A stretch of DNA of 49,838 nt from Basidiobolus meristosporus CBS 931.73 (Eukaryota > Fungi > Basidiobolomycota). The first letter of the stretch is position 1; each line of letters opens with the position of its first letter. The position numbers and the translations under genes are program-made. Below the pieces are notes generated by a model. It saw only the letters and a program-made list of their open reading frames with translations. It ran no database searches and was not told the origin of the DNA. This document shows positions 32,226 to 43,183 of the stretch, piece after piece. Location: assembly GCA_002104905.1 (NCBI GenBank), contig MCFE01000650.1:1-49838 (forward strand), given 5' to 3'.

Positions 32226-34324
32226 CTACACTAACATTAAGCCTAACCCCACACTCAACAAGTACTCCATCAAAATCCACCACTCAATAAGTTTTTCTGC
32301 TGTAACACTCTGGTTCCACAATTTAGGCGGGAACACAATGGCTTTATGCCACTGATCATTCACTGGTTCCCACATGTCCTGGTCTTCAGCCTGCACTGCA
32401 AGGTCTAGCACCTCATCTGCCAGTCTTTGCAATAAATCCTTGCAATATTCCAGTGCTTTTTCTTGAGCACTGCTCTTGAAGAAGTGCTGCAACCTCTTGG
32501 TGTGCCTATTAATGTCCCAAACTCCACTGAAGGCATTGTGATAGTCTTTTATGCTCTTGACTTTGTAGCCTTGTCTGTCAGTGGGATCTCCACTCTGTCA
32601 ACAAAGCAGGCTGTGAAGGCTGTGGTAGATGAATTGCCTCTTTCAGCAAACTCATCTACCTTGCTGGAGTGTAGCTCAACTGGCTGTGCTTCCAACTCTT
32701 GTGAAAACAGTTGTTTTCTTGTTGGTAACTATTCTTGGCTATGATGGAATTCAGTCTGTTCCTGGCTTGCGGCATTAATTGGCAAGAACTGCAGTTTTTT
32801 TTGCATGCCTCCCTGTCTGAGGCTTGGGTAGACATTTTTCTCTTTACCTTTTCCTATATCACTGCCAAGTATCTCACTGCTACTTTGTCTGAGTGCTTCT
32901 TGTAAAGAACAGCATTTTCTCCTGGATAAATTCTGCTCTGAGGCAGCTGTTTTGGCCTGCCTGTCCCTTGCTAGCACTCTTCTGGCAACCTGATGTTTCT
33001 TTTCAGCTTGTTTTGAGCTCTCAACCATAGTTGTGACAGGCTCCTGTAAAAGCTGCTGTTTTTATCACTGCCAGGTCCTTCACTGCTACTTTGACTGGGT
33101 GCTTCTTGGGTGGTACTACACGTTTTCCTTGATAAGTGTTGTGCTGGTGCATCCATGTCTGCCTGCTTGTCCTAAATTGGCACTCTTCCAGCTCTCTGAC
33201 CTCTCTTTGACACTTGTCTGGAGCTTTTGGCCCTGCTTGTAACAGACTCTTGAGGAAGCCGCTGGTTTTTAGCCATTGCACCCTTGTTCTTCTGCCTTTG
33301 ATAGTTTCTGCTATTCCTAAGATACTTTCTTAGCATACCAATGCTGGCCTAACATCTGTTTGCCCATTTGAATCCAGGATAATGCTCAAGGAACAGTTCA
33401 AGTGCATTCTGCTTGGCCTTGAGTTCCTGATGGTCCCATGGTATGCCAGCCTTAAGGTGATGGCATGCTAGACTTCTGACAACCTCTTGTATATTAGCCC
33501 ACTCTTCATTATTGCACTCAATGGCTTCACAGATCTTCAATGTCTTTTGAGTTTTAGGCTTTGGTATAAACACCACATTGTCTCCCTCCCACATTGTAAT
33601 AGGTTTTTCTGTGGGCTTTATCTTTGGGCACTGTTGTTGTGCTTCAAAGACTGTACGGTGTTCCTCTGCTGTTACATTAGGAAATGGCTCAATTCTTGGC
33701 TGTCACATTGAGCCACTTGAGTTCCTTCTTTGCAGCAAAGAACTGCTTTCTCTACCTGGGATATTGATTGCTCTACATGTATTATCTGCTCATCCTGTTT
33801 CTAGACTACTTCCTGATTTCTCTGGGCCATTGCATATATCCTATAAGCCACTGCACCTAATTGCTTCATTAATGCTTTGGTATGAGCTGACAACATACTT
33901 GCTAATATGGGTGGTGGTGATGTTATCATGGCCACTTGCTGATCTTCAACAGAGGGTGCTACGTTTACTACATTCTCATCTGCCTGAGCATAATGGTCTG
34001 CTTGTGGCTTTGCACAGGTTCTCAATTGCCTACTTGACTGAGAGCCTGAGGAGTCCGCATTATTCCCTTCAATGGGCCCACTGTTCACAGGGCCTTTTTT
34101 GGATGTAGCCCTGCTTGTTGCACTGAATGTCAAAGCAAGCTGTTGTCCAACCATTCTTCTGTTGCCATCAGTTGTGGTGTTTGGTTGAGAACCAGATGAC
34201 TTTGCTTTATTTTTTGGCAGCATATATGTGGAAGTGAGCCAAACCAAAGGGGAAATAGTGTTACATATACGTGTGGATGTGGTGGCACAACTTTATTTAT
34301 AATGCCTACCATGGCGGTCATCAT
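32226..34324 (-). pseudogene. CACTA-like ORF2 (TnpA-like accessory protein of unknown function), degenerate
   Basis: Segments CEAIECNNEEWANIQEVVRSLACHHLKAGIPWDHQ...YPGF and QHFFKSSAQEKALEYCKDLLQRLADEVL...LIEWWIL recur in four copies. Exon structure was not resolved. Confidence 0.6.
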
Positions 34325-34415
34325 TGAATCTTACATTCATGTAGGTGCAATGTCTCAAATACAAGACTGTCTTAAGTTCACATCAGTATTGACCATAGAG
34401 TGATATAATAGCATT

Positions 34416-36638
34416 ATGTTGCTGAAGGTCAAACTGTTTGCCCCATGGACAAGACTACTTTTACTCAATGCTGTAAGAGAAGAGAAAAAACCATGTGGCT
34501 ATTGTGGCAAGCCTCTCAGCCATGAAGCATGCAGACAGCATAGGAAGTATTACAAGGATCACGGCCAGTGTTTTGCCATCCAAGTCATATTTGACCATTC
34601 ATCAGTCACTACCATAGAAACATTATGTTGCTGGCCAGTTGATACTTCTATATTGGCACCTGGCCATCTTTGTGACCTTGCACAAATTGAGCCAGGTGAG
34701 TTTGTGATGCCTTTAGGCTCACCTCAGCCTGCTGAATATGGCACGCAGAGTGATAGCTTTGATAAAAAAGACTCACTGATGGATTTTGAGCCTATCTCCC
34801 CTAACAACAGTACCACGTATGAGCCCAGTCAAATCCCTATATGCAATGAGACAACACCCATTGAAGCAAATGCCAAGGATACTTTATGGAGCCAAGTGAG
34901 CCCAGTAGTCCATCTACTGGTGAATGATGTAATGTTGTGGCTAGAGAAGTGGTGCATTTCCACTAATATCAGTAATGGGGGGGTTTGAGGATTTCTTACT
35001 ACTTCTTGCCAAAATCATACCGGGATGCAACGTACCATGTACATGGTACAAGTGGACAACCATCATGTGGCTGGCAACATATGATCCAGAGACTGTCCTG
35101 ATTCCAGCATGTGTTAACAGTTGCATGGCATTCACATCAAAAAATGCTACCATTGCAACATGTCCAAATTGTCAGGAATCCACCACCATTGAGGGAAAAC
35201 ATTGTTCACACTCTGAATATATTCTGGTCATACCCCATCTGAGGAAGCTGATGCAGTCCAGCAAATATTGCAAAGCTATACAGTACTGCACTCAGTATCA
35301 ATCAATTGCAAACATATCCAATATATTTGATGGCAAACACTAAAAACAGCTAAGAAGCAAGGGCTACTCTGAAGGTATGTATGACCATGCCTTTGCTTTT
35401 GCACTTGATGGATTCTCTTAAAACAAGTACTGTACGAGCTAATCCTGCTGGCCACTGATTCTCATCAATCTGAATCTGCTGCCCATCTTACGGTATCAGA
35501 GCAATAATCTGATGGTAGTCTTACTGGTATCTGGGCCTAAATCACTGTCCAACCTGGATAGCTACCTGTATCCATTGCTGGATGAATTTTGTATGCTTTC
35601 CAGCAGGATAACAGTAAATGGCTGTCATGTAAAAGCACATATTATTATCTGCATTGGAGATACCCCAGCCATCAGCAAGAGAGCAGGTTTTTCCAGGCAC
35701 AATAGATGGTATTGCTGTTGAGTGTGTGAGATCCGGGGGATTTACTCCATAACTTACACACATTATTATTACCCAAACACCAGCACTAAGAACATCATCT
35801 TTCCACAGAGAGAAAGTACAGAAGTAAGCATGCAATTGCAGCAAAGTTGGCAAGCTATAAGCCATTGGCTGGAATATGGAATCAACTGGAAACCGGAGGT
35901 ACTTAAGATAGAGGGTATCTGTTGGAGCAAAAGCTTTCCACTGGGAGCAATGCATTTGCTTTTCAACAATATCCCTATACTGATGACCAAGTTGTACATG
36001 GGGCATTTCAAGCTGAGTGCACCCTTTGATATACCAGAGAAATCTGAAAAATTGGCAAGATATTACAGAGTATTTGCTGCCCTAAGTACTTCTCACAGGC
36101 TCCAATTAATATTCATATGCATATGCAATAATACAAATGCAAAGACTGGATGAAATGGATATGTATTTATTCAAGTGGTGCTCTGAAGCCATTCCTACCA
36201 AGAGTACATTGTAAGCAATGGGAGTCATATGTGGACATTGTAGGAATATTTATCCAGAAGCAAATCACCAATGCCAACTTGACACATCTACAGCTGTTGT
36301 GTGAGGAGTTTGTGATAGGATTTGAGCGGCTATACTACAAACATAAAGCTGAATGTGTAGGTCTCTGCTGCTACTGTATCCATTCTCTACTCCATCTTGC
36401 ATGGTGTGTTGAGAATATTGGGCCTTACTTCACCTTTTGGGAGTTTCCTATGCAGTGGATGTGTGGGGAGATAGGAAGACAAGTCAAGTCACGGGTACTA
36501 CCATATCCCAATCTCATCAAGAATATTACCTTCAAGCCCATCATGGATGTGATGAGTTGGCACATGGAGGACAGTTGGAAAATACTGAGGACAAATGTGC
36601 ACATGGAGACACCTATGCCTAAGGCATTACAAAGCTAA
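34416..36638 (+). pseudogene. CACTA/EnSpm (Tnp2/Transposase_21-like) transposase, frameshifted; C-terminus continues across the G3 insertion
   Basis: N-terminal CGYC...HEACRQH; ACVNSCMAF...CPNC; FALDGF...SCWPLILINLNL...GPKSLSNLDSYLYPLLDE; CIGDTPA; LGAMHLL; HSLLHL...GPYFTFWEFPM. Confidence 0.8.
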
Positions 36639-37835
36639 GCAGCCCCAATGCATGGGTAATCAGTTAAGTAATGCAAAGTTGGGTTAGGTGCAACAAGCAA
36701 CTAATTTTTATCAGGAAATCTCCATCAAGATATGCCGCATTTCTTGTGGTCACAAGCCAACTTCTACACCATTCAATACAGAATTCACACAAACAAAAGC
36801 CAGAGTGCACCTATAAGGGGGACTAGAATCCAGCAGTGAGAAGGAATATATTGGCTCAATACCAAGAAGTTCTTTGCCAATATTCAGAAGGTATTCATGG
36901 CAGAAGTGGCTACAACAAAGCATATGTTTGCAAGATGTATATGCTACCAGCAGTACAAGTTATATGACAACTTTGCAAGTATCACACTAAAAAGTCGTAA
37001 AGTTGGGGCAATAGAAGTATGTCAATTGCGGTGTGGTGGTGTAGAGGTACTCCTGGGAGAAGCTACACAACTCAAGGTGTGTGAGGTGTCTGATGGGTGC
37101 GATAACCTCTGTGTCTAAACTACTGGTGTCTTTGTCAATATGCCACTATGGTAAAAGCTCCTGCTTCTCTAGCTTCCTAGGTGCTCCAAGTGTCTCCAAA
37201 GGCCTCTGTGTGTCTTGTGCACTACCCTGAAAAGCTCCTTGATGGCAGGTCTTAGATATACTGTTGAAGGCAGGTGCAGTGATCTACTGCTAATCAATAA
37301 GGTAGAAGTGTTACTGATAGAAGGGATGATTTATTGATGAGGGATTGCTTTCCCTTAAATACTTTTCCTGATTGCCAAGTGATTACTAATGACAAGGTTC
37401 TAGAAGATTCTAGGTATCAGTGGAATTCTTGATGACATCACTATGAGCTAGAAATATGCCAAGAATGTCCTGGAAGGTTCTAAAAGGCACAGCACTCTCA
37501 ACCAATCAGGAATCAGTAGTCTGAAACCTGTGCAACATAGAAATACCATATATGGTATTGAAATGGTAGAGATGGTAACACAGACCTAGGTCATGTGTCA
37601 CAGGTACTGACGCGGGTACTAGCCTTATATAGATACATCCACTGATCACAAAGCTGAATAACATCTGGGATAACTAATGCTAATAACTAATCAGGGTAAA
37701 CATCATATGGGGATAATACTGATAATATGGGCAAAAGAAGAATGGGATAATACTGATAAGATAAAATATGGATAAGTATATCATAATGACTATATGAATA
37801 AACTTGTCTGTGGGAGGTATGTTTACCCTACCACA

Positions 37836-37848
37836 TCCACCCCCCACT
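37836..37848 (-). other. G3 polypurine tract
   Basis: The minus strand reads AGTGGGGGGTGGA immediately before the 3' LTR TG. Confidence 0.8.
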
Positions 37849-37913
37849 TGAGCTAAAAAGTTTCACGGAACTTTTTAGCTAACCACTGTAAGTTTGGAGA
37901 ACAAAGTGCTCTC

Positions 37914-39770
37914 TCAGTCTTCCTCAATGAAGCCACCTGTCCTTTCTTGAGATAGAAATCTACATGATGTCATTGATCGGATATTGTTTGAGTCCACACC
38001 ACAGAAGGTTGCTGTTAGTCCTGGGCTCTCTGAGTATATAGTATACCATGCTGAACCATCTGGGTAGTTCACTGCAGTTGCTCTTGCTTTTACTTCCCAT
38101 GGTCTTCCAAGAAGTAATTCAAAGTTAGCCTTTGCACATATGAATACTGGGATCTCATGGGGTATTCCTTCAATGATGAGAGGGAAGCTGTGAATAATTC
38201 CTAAAAGCTTTGATTGCCCTGAGTTGGCATCCTTCATGCTCCAATTGATATTGGTGTCTATGGGCAATAAGTCTTTGCATGGTAGTTGTTTCCAAGCCTC
38301 CAAAGGCATCACACATATCTCAGATCCACTGTCTATATGACATAGGATTTCTTGATTATGCACAGTTCCTGTAGTTGTTGCAGTTGCCACTGAGTAGTAG
38401 TGTTTCTGGCTTTGATGCAGCTTACTGATATCTTGGCTTCCTTGAACTGTCCTGACCTGGTTGCCTTGAGTGGCTTCAATTGGATGCTTTCTTATTCTGA
38501 TATGCTCATCCATAGTCTTTCTTACAGATGGTGATACACTGAGTAGCTCTCCAACCTTGATTGATATGTTGCTTCCTAGTATATGACTTGTCAGAGCCTC
38601 TGGGGTACCCTTTTGCTTGACTCTAGGCTGCATGTGGTAGTTGTTGGCCTTGGCAGACTCTTGTAAAATTAATGGGGGTGATGCTTTCTTCTCAATCACA
38701 ACTTCTGGCTCACATCTTGGTACTTTTGTTGCTGGGCCTGGATTAGCCATTTTTTCAGGATGGTGTCTCTTTGAAGCATAAATTGAAGCTATATGATCTT
38801 GGGCCTCTCTGGGGTCCTCATAGTCAAAGTTCAGAACTTCAGCTGGATCAAAGTAGTCAGGATCTTCTTCTTCATGGAGTTGAACCTTTCTTGTATGAGA
38901 GGTGACTTGCTTGTAGTGAACTCTCATTCCTCCTTGTCCAAATGCTGTGGATAATTTGTCACCATGCTTACTGACTATGTATCCCTGAGGACTATATAGG
39001 ACATCACCTGTGGATAGTAATGACTGAAGCTCTTGGCAATTTCTCTTGGAATGGTTGGCAGAGTCACACCACATGCATGTATATTTGACTTCTTTCTCTA
39101 CTGGCTTCTGACCATATGCTTTGCTGGCAAGTAGCAAAGAGAGTTTTTCTAGTTGCTGTGTCAGCTCCTGAATTTGAGTGCTTTGATTGCTGGGATTAAG
39201 TATGTCTTGGCTATCTTGGATTTGTTCTGGGCTTGAAAGAAGCTCTCTGATTGGTGAGGTTTCTTCAGGGGCAAGTAGAATCTGCTTGGCTAACTGAAAT
39301 GCAGGCAGTGAACTCATAGCTTTCACAGTAGGATTGTTTTCAATCCTTCTCACCAGGCCTTCTGGTAGTGCTCTGAGCAGATAGGCAGATAAAGTCAGAT
39401 CAGTGATAATGCCTTGGGCTTTCAGTGACTCTCCAATTTGCTCAAGGCCACTCAAGTATTCTTTCAATGGTAGCAGCTTAAACTTGCTATAAGCAAAGTT
39501 CTCCAAGTCTTTAAGTGTGTAGTCAACTTGTCTCTCTCCATATTCATCAATCAAGTAGCTCTTCAAGAGGGTCCAATTTGTCAGCAGATCATTTCTTTCA
39601 TATAAAGAGAGCATGATCTCATCAGTGCTGTAGGGGGGCATCTCTTCAGCCATAATGGCCTCAGGTATTTTGTGGGCTCTGCAGAAAAGCTCCCACCTCT
39701 TGATGAAAGCTTTAACTTTGGTTCCATCAAAGAAAGGAGTTCCTTGCATTCCTGGTAAAGGTAGATCCAT
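37914..39770 (-). CDS. gag: Intact 618-aa Gag-aspartic protease polyprotein with no RT/RH/IN
   Basis: Gag-like N-terminus (PFFDGTKVKAFIKRWELF), CCHC knuckle CMWCDSANHSKRNC, and protease HIDSGSEI...LLLGRPW. The stop is 78 bp before the LTR. Confidence 0.9.
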   Translation of the reverse strand: MDLPLPGMQGTPFFDGTKVKAFIKRWELFCRAHKIPEAIMAEEMPPYSTDEIMLSLYERNDLLTNWTLLKSYLIDEYGERQVDYTLKDLENFAYSKFKLLPLKEYLSGLEQIGESLKAQGIITDLTLSAYLLRALPEGLVRRIENNPTVKAMSSLPAFQLAKQILLAPEETSPIRELLSSPEQIQDSQDILNPSNQSTQIQELTQQLEKLSLLLASKAYGQKPVEKEVKYTCMWCDSANHSKRNCQELQSLLSTGDVLYSPQGYIVSKHGDKLSTAFGQGGMRVHYKQVTSHTRKVQLHEEEDPDYFDPAEVLNFDYEDPREAQDHIASIYASKRHHPEKMANPGPATKVPRCEPEVVIEKKASPPLILQESAKANNYHMQPRVKQKGTPEALTSHILGSNISIKVGELLSVSPSVRKTMDEHIRIRKHPIEATQGNQVRTVQGSQDISKLHQSQKHYYSVATATTTGTVHNQEILCHIDSGSEICVMPLEAWKQLPCKDLLPIDTNINWSMKDANSGQSKLLGIIHSFPLIIEGIPHEIPVFICAKANFELLLGRPWEVKARATAVNYPDGSAWYTIYSESPGLTATFCGVDSNNIRSMTSCRFLSQERTGGFIEED

Positions 39771-39822
39771 GGTCTTGATAATTTGTTCTTTCTTAAGTCT
39801 TCTAGGGGCAGTTCAGTCAAAC

Positions 39823-39840
39823 CCCCCACGTTGGGTGCCA
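39823..39840 (-). other. G3 PBS complementary to the 3' end of tRNA-Lys
   Basis: TGGCACCCAACGTGGGGG vs the known tRNA-Lys1,2 retroviral PBS TGGCGCCCAACGTGGGGC; one of the two differences is CpG>CpA. Confidence 0.85.
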
Positions 39841-42178
39841 AATATGTGGTGGTGTAGAGGTACTCCTGGGAGAAGCTACACAACTCAAGGTGTGTGAGGT
39901 GTCTGATGGGTGCGATAACCTCTGTGTCTAAACTACTGGTGTCTTTGTCAATATGCCACTATGGTAAAAGCTCCTGCTTCTCTAGCTTCCTAGGTGCTCC
40001 AAGTGTCTCCAAAGGCCTCTGTGTGTCTTGTGCACTACCCTGAAAAGCTCCTTGATGGCAGGTCTTAGATATACTGTTGAAGGCAGGTGCAGTGATCTAC
40101 TGCTAATCAATAAGGTAGAAGTGTTACTGATAGAAGGGATGATTTATTGATGAGGGATTGCTTTCCCTTAAATACTTTTCCTGATTGCCAAGTGATTACT
40201 AATGACAAGGTTCTAGAAGATTCTAGGTATCAGTGGAATTCTTGATGACATCACTATGAGCTAGAAATATGCCAAGAATGTCCTGGAAGGTTCTAAAAGG
40301 CACAGCACTCTCAACCAATCAGGAATCAGTAGTCTGAAACCTGTGCAACATAGAAATACCATATATGGTATTGAAATGGTAGAGATGGTAACACAGACCT
40401 AGGTCATGTGTCACAGGTACTGACGCGGGTACTAGCCTTATATAGATACATCCACTGATCACAAAGCTGAATAACATCTGGGATAACTAATGCTAATAAC
40501 TAATCAGGGTAAACATCATATGGGGATAATACTGATAATATGGGCAAAAGAAGAATGGGATAATACTGATAAGATAAAATATGGATAAGTATATCCTAAT
40601 GACTATATGAATAAACTTGTCTGTGGGAGGTATGTTTACCCTACCACAGCGGCAGGTATGCATGTTTGTAGAGGTTAGTAAGCAGGAGGCCATAGTTTTT
40701 TTTGATTTGAACTATATGTGGGATACCCAAGGTAGTAGTGAGTAAGCAAATAAAGAAAGGTGATTCTACAGTGGAGTATATGAGTTGCACAAGGGGAGGT
40801 AGAAAAAGGAAATACCCTTTGGTAAATTGGTATGGTAGCATTATGCAGAACCAGCAGCAAGCCAACATACTGCCAAGAAAAAGCTCTCAGAGTCTTGCTG
40901 TGAGGCCATCAAAATACTGTCAAGTTTCTTGCCATATAAGGCAATTGGAAGTCCTGGCCAACTGGATCCACTTAAAACAGTAATAGAGTGCTGAAAGACC
41001 GTAACAATACCATGCAAATATTGTCACAGCACCAATCAAAAATTGTCAAGTTTTATCCCTTTATTTGGCTGTAAAATTTGCAAAACACCGTCATGATCTT
41101 GTTATAAGATTGTCAGGAGGGTCACTAATTCCAAGCTGCTGTTATCATGACAGTCTCTAAACAGGATCTAGATGGATGATTTGGATTGGATCCACCTGCG
41201 GGACCAGATTGTTTTTCATAGGGTATATTGAGTAGGATCTTACTGGGTGATGAGGATGCAATCCAGTGAGTCATCAGCCACAACCTACATTAGCAAATCT
41301 AATTAGTCAGCAATTGATCTGGCAAAATATATATAAAGAGCTGTTGGAACCTCAATAAGAATATGCTCAAGTTTTAGTGATTATAATACTAGTTATATTC
41401 CATATTCCCCTACAACTCTACTACTAAGACTTGTAACTAGAGAACTATGCAGGAATCATTACAACATTGCACTTTTAATTTTGCAAAAACTGGGTCAAAA
41501 ATATTTATTTCAACAATAAAAAAGCGGCTTTTGACTGATTCTCTGCAAATTCTTGTACTCTCTGATCCCAAATACTTCAACACCTCCCATGCTCACTGAT
41601 TATCTATGCTTCTGTTTCTCACACTGTAATTCCTGACTATGCCACTGCTTTTATTTTCATGCATAAAAATTGGTTTAATTTTATTTAATCTTCAGTTGTA
41701 CCTCTATTGCAAATTATATTGACCTGTTCAAGTCCCTATACTCATTACCAACATTGACTTCAACCACCTACTCAGTTAACATATCCATTAAACTCCACCA
41801 TTCAATATGTGATTCTGCTGAAACACCCTTGTTCCAGGACTTTGGCAGAGACCTTAAGGCTTAATGCCATTGTTCATTCACTGGTTTCCATATGTTATGG
41901 TCTACAGCTAGCACTGCAAGGTCAAGCATCACATCTATCTGTCATTGCAACAAGCACTGGCAATATTTAAGAGAACTGACTTAAGCTATGCTCTGGATAA
42001 GTGATGCAACATTTTTCAGTGCCTGTTATTGCCTCAAACTCCACTGTAGGCATTATTATAGCCTTTGGGGTTCTTGGTGTTGTGGGTTAGTCTTGCAGCA
42101 GAATTTCCACCCTTCCTACAACAGATACATGGAGGCAGGAGAAGAAAAATTGCCTTGTTGTGCAAACTCATCTGCTGC

Positions 42179-42974
42179 TGTGGAAGGGTAAACATATCTC
42201 CCTCAGACAAGTTTATCTATATAGCTATTATGATTCACTTTTCCATATTTATCTTGTCAGTATTATCCCATTCAACTTGCCCATATAATTAGTATTTTCC
42301 CCATATGGTGTTTCCCCTGATTAGTTTTTAGCATTAGTTATCCTAGATGTTATACAGCTTGGTGATCAGATACATATCTACATTAAGCAAGTACCCATGT
42401 CAATATCTGTAAGACACAAACTAGGTCTGTATTGCCATCCCTTTCATTTCAATACCATATATGGTATCTCTAGGCTACTCAGATATCAGACTACTGATCC
42501 CTGATTGGTTGGATATGATGTGGTTTTTAGAACCTTCTAGGACCTTCCTGGAGTATTTCTAGCTCATAGTGCTGTCATCCTGAGCTCCACTGATGCCTGA
42601 AATCTTTTAGAACCTTGCCATTAGTATCACTTTACAATCTGGAAGTATTTGAGGGAAGTCAACCCTGATCAATAAATTATCCCTTCTATCATAACACTTC
42701 TCCCTTATTGATAGGCAGTTGATCACTGCATCTACCTTCAACAGTTACACCTCAGACCTGCCATCAAGTAGCTTTTCAGGGTGGTGCACACAACACACAG
42801 AGGCCTTTGGGGACACTTGGAGCCCCTAGGAAGCTTGAGAAGCAGGATCTTTTACCATATTGACATGTTGCCAATGATACAAGTAGTTTAGACCCAGAGG
42901 TTATTGCACCCATCAGACACCTCACACACCATGAGTTGTATGGCTTCTCCCAGAAATACCTCTACACCACCACA
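42179..42974 (+). repeat. G3 solo LTR
   Basis: TGTGGAAGGGTAAAC...ACACCACCACA, 796 bp, with TSD CTGC on both sides. It splits ORF2 of the outer CACTA. Confidence 0.92.
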
Positions 42975-43183
42975 CTGCACAGAAGTGCAACTCATTCAGC
43001 TGGACTTCCAACTCTTGAGCAAACCACTGTTGACTTCTTGGTAAGTCCTCTTTCTACTATGATATTCAGGCCTCTCTAGGTTTACAGCATTATTTGGTGA
43101 GAGCTGCAGCTTTTTCATTGCACTTCCTTGTCTCTGGCTTGTGTCAACTTTATTCCCTTTGCCTTTTCCTCTATCATTGCTAA

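Larger units (their letters stand above)
37032..40648 (-). mobile_element. Young non-autonomous LTR retrotransposon (G3) encoding only Gag-protease
   Basis: 804-bp LTRs at 37032-37835 and 39845-40648 (one mismatch found by eye). TGTGG...CCACA ends, 4-bp TSD GCGG, PBS, PPT, and a 2009-bp interior with a single ORF. Confidence 0.95.
31918..41223 (+). mobile_element. Inner CACTA-like transposon, the most complete copy; left ~90 bp missing
   Basis: ORF2 on minus, transposase on plus, right terminus GATTGTTTTTCATAGGG at 41223. Interrupted by the G3 element. Confidence 0.85.
28882..41438 (+). mobile_element. Gypsy G2 copy C: 5' LTR 28882-29248, internal region to ~31917, residual 3' LTR half at 41224-41438
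   Basis: LTR, PBS, gag (with an in-frame 468-bp deletion at a CCA microhomology), PR, RT and RH, then a break at the integrase zinc finger. Flanks are AGGG/AGAG, and the outer CACTA sequence continues on both sides. Confidence 0.75.

Noticed and set aside
37914-39770. 618-aa ORF as a host gene
   Set aside because: It is bounded by PBS, PPT, paired LTRs and a TSD, and has gag knuckle and protease motifs.
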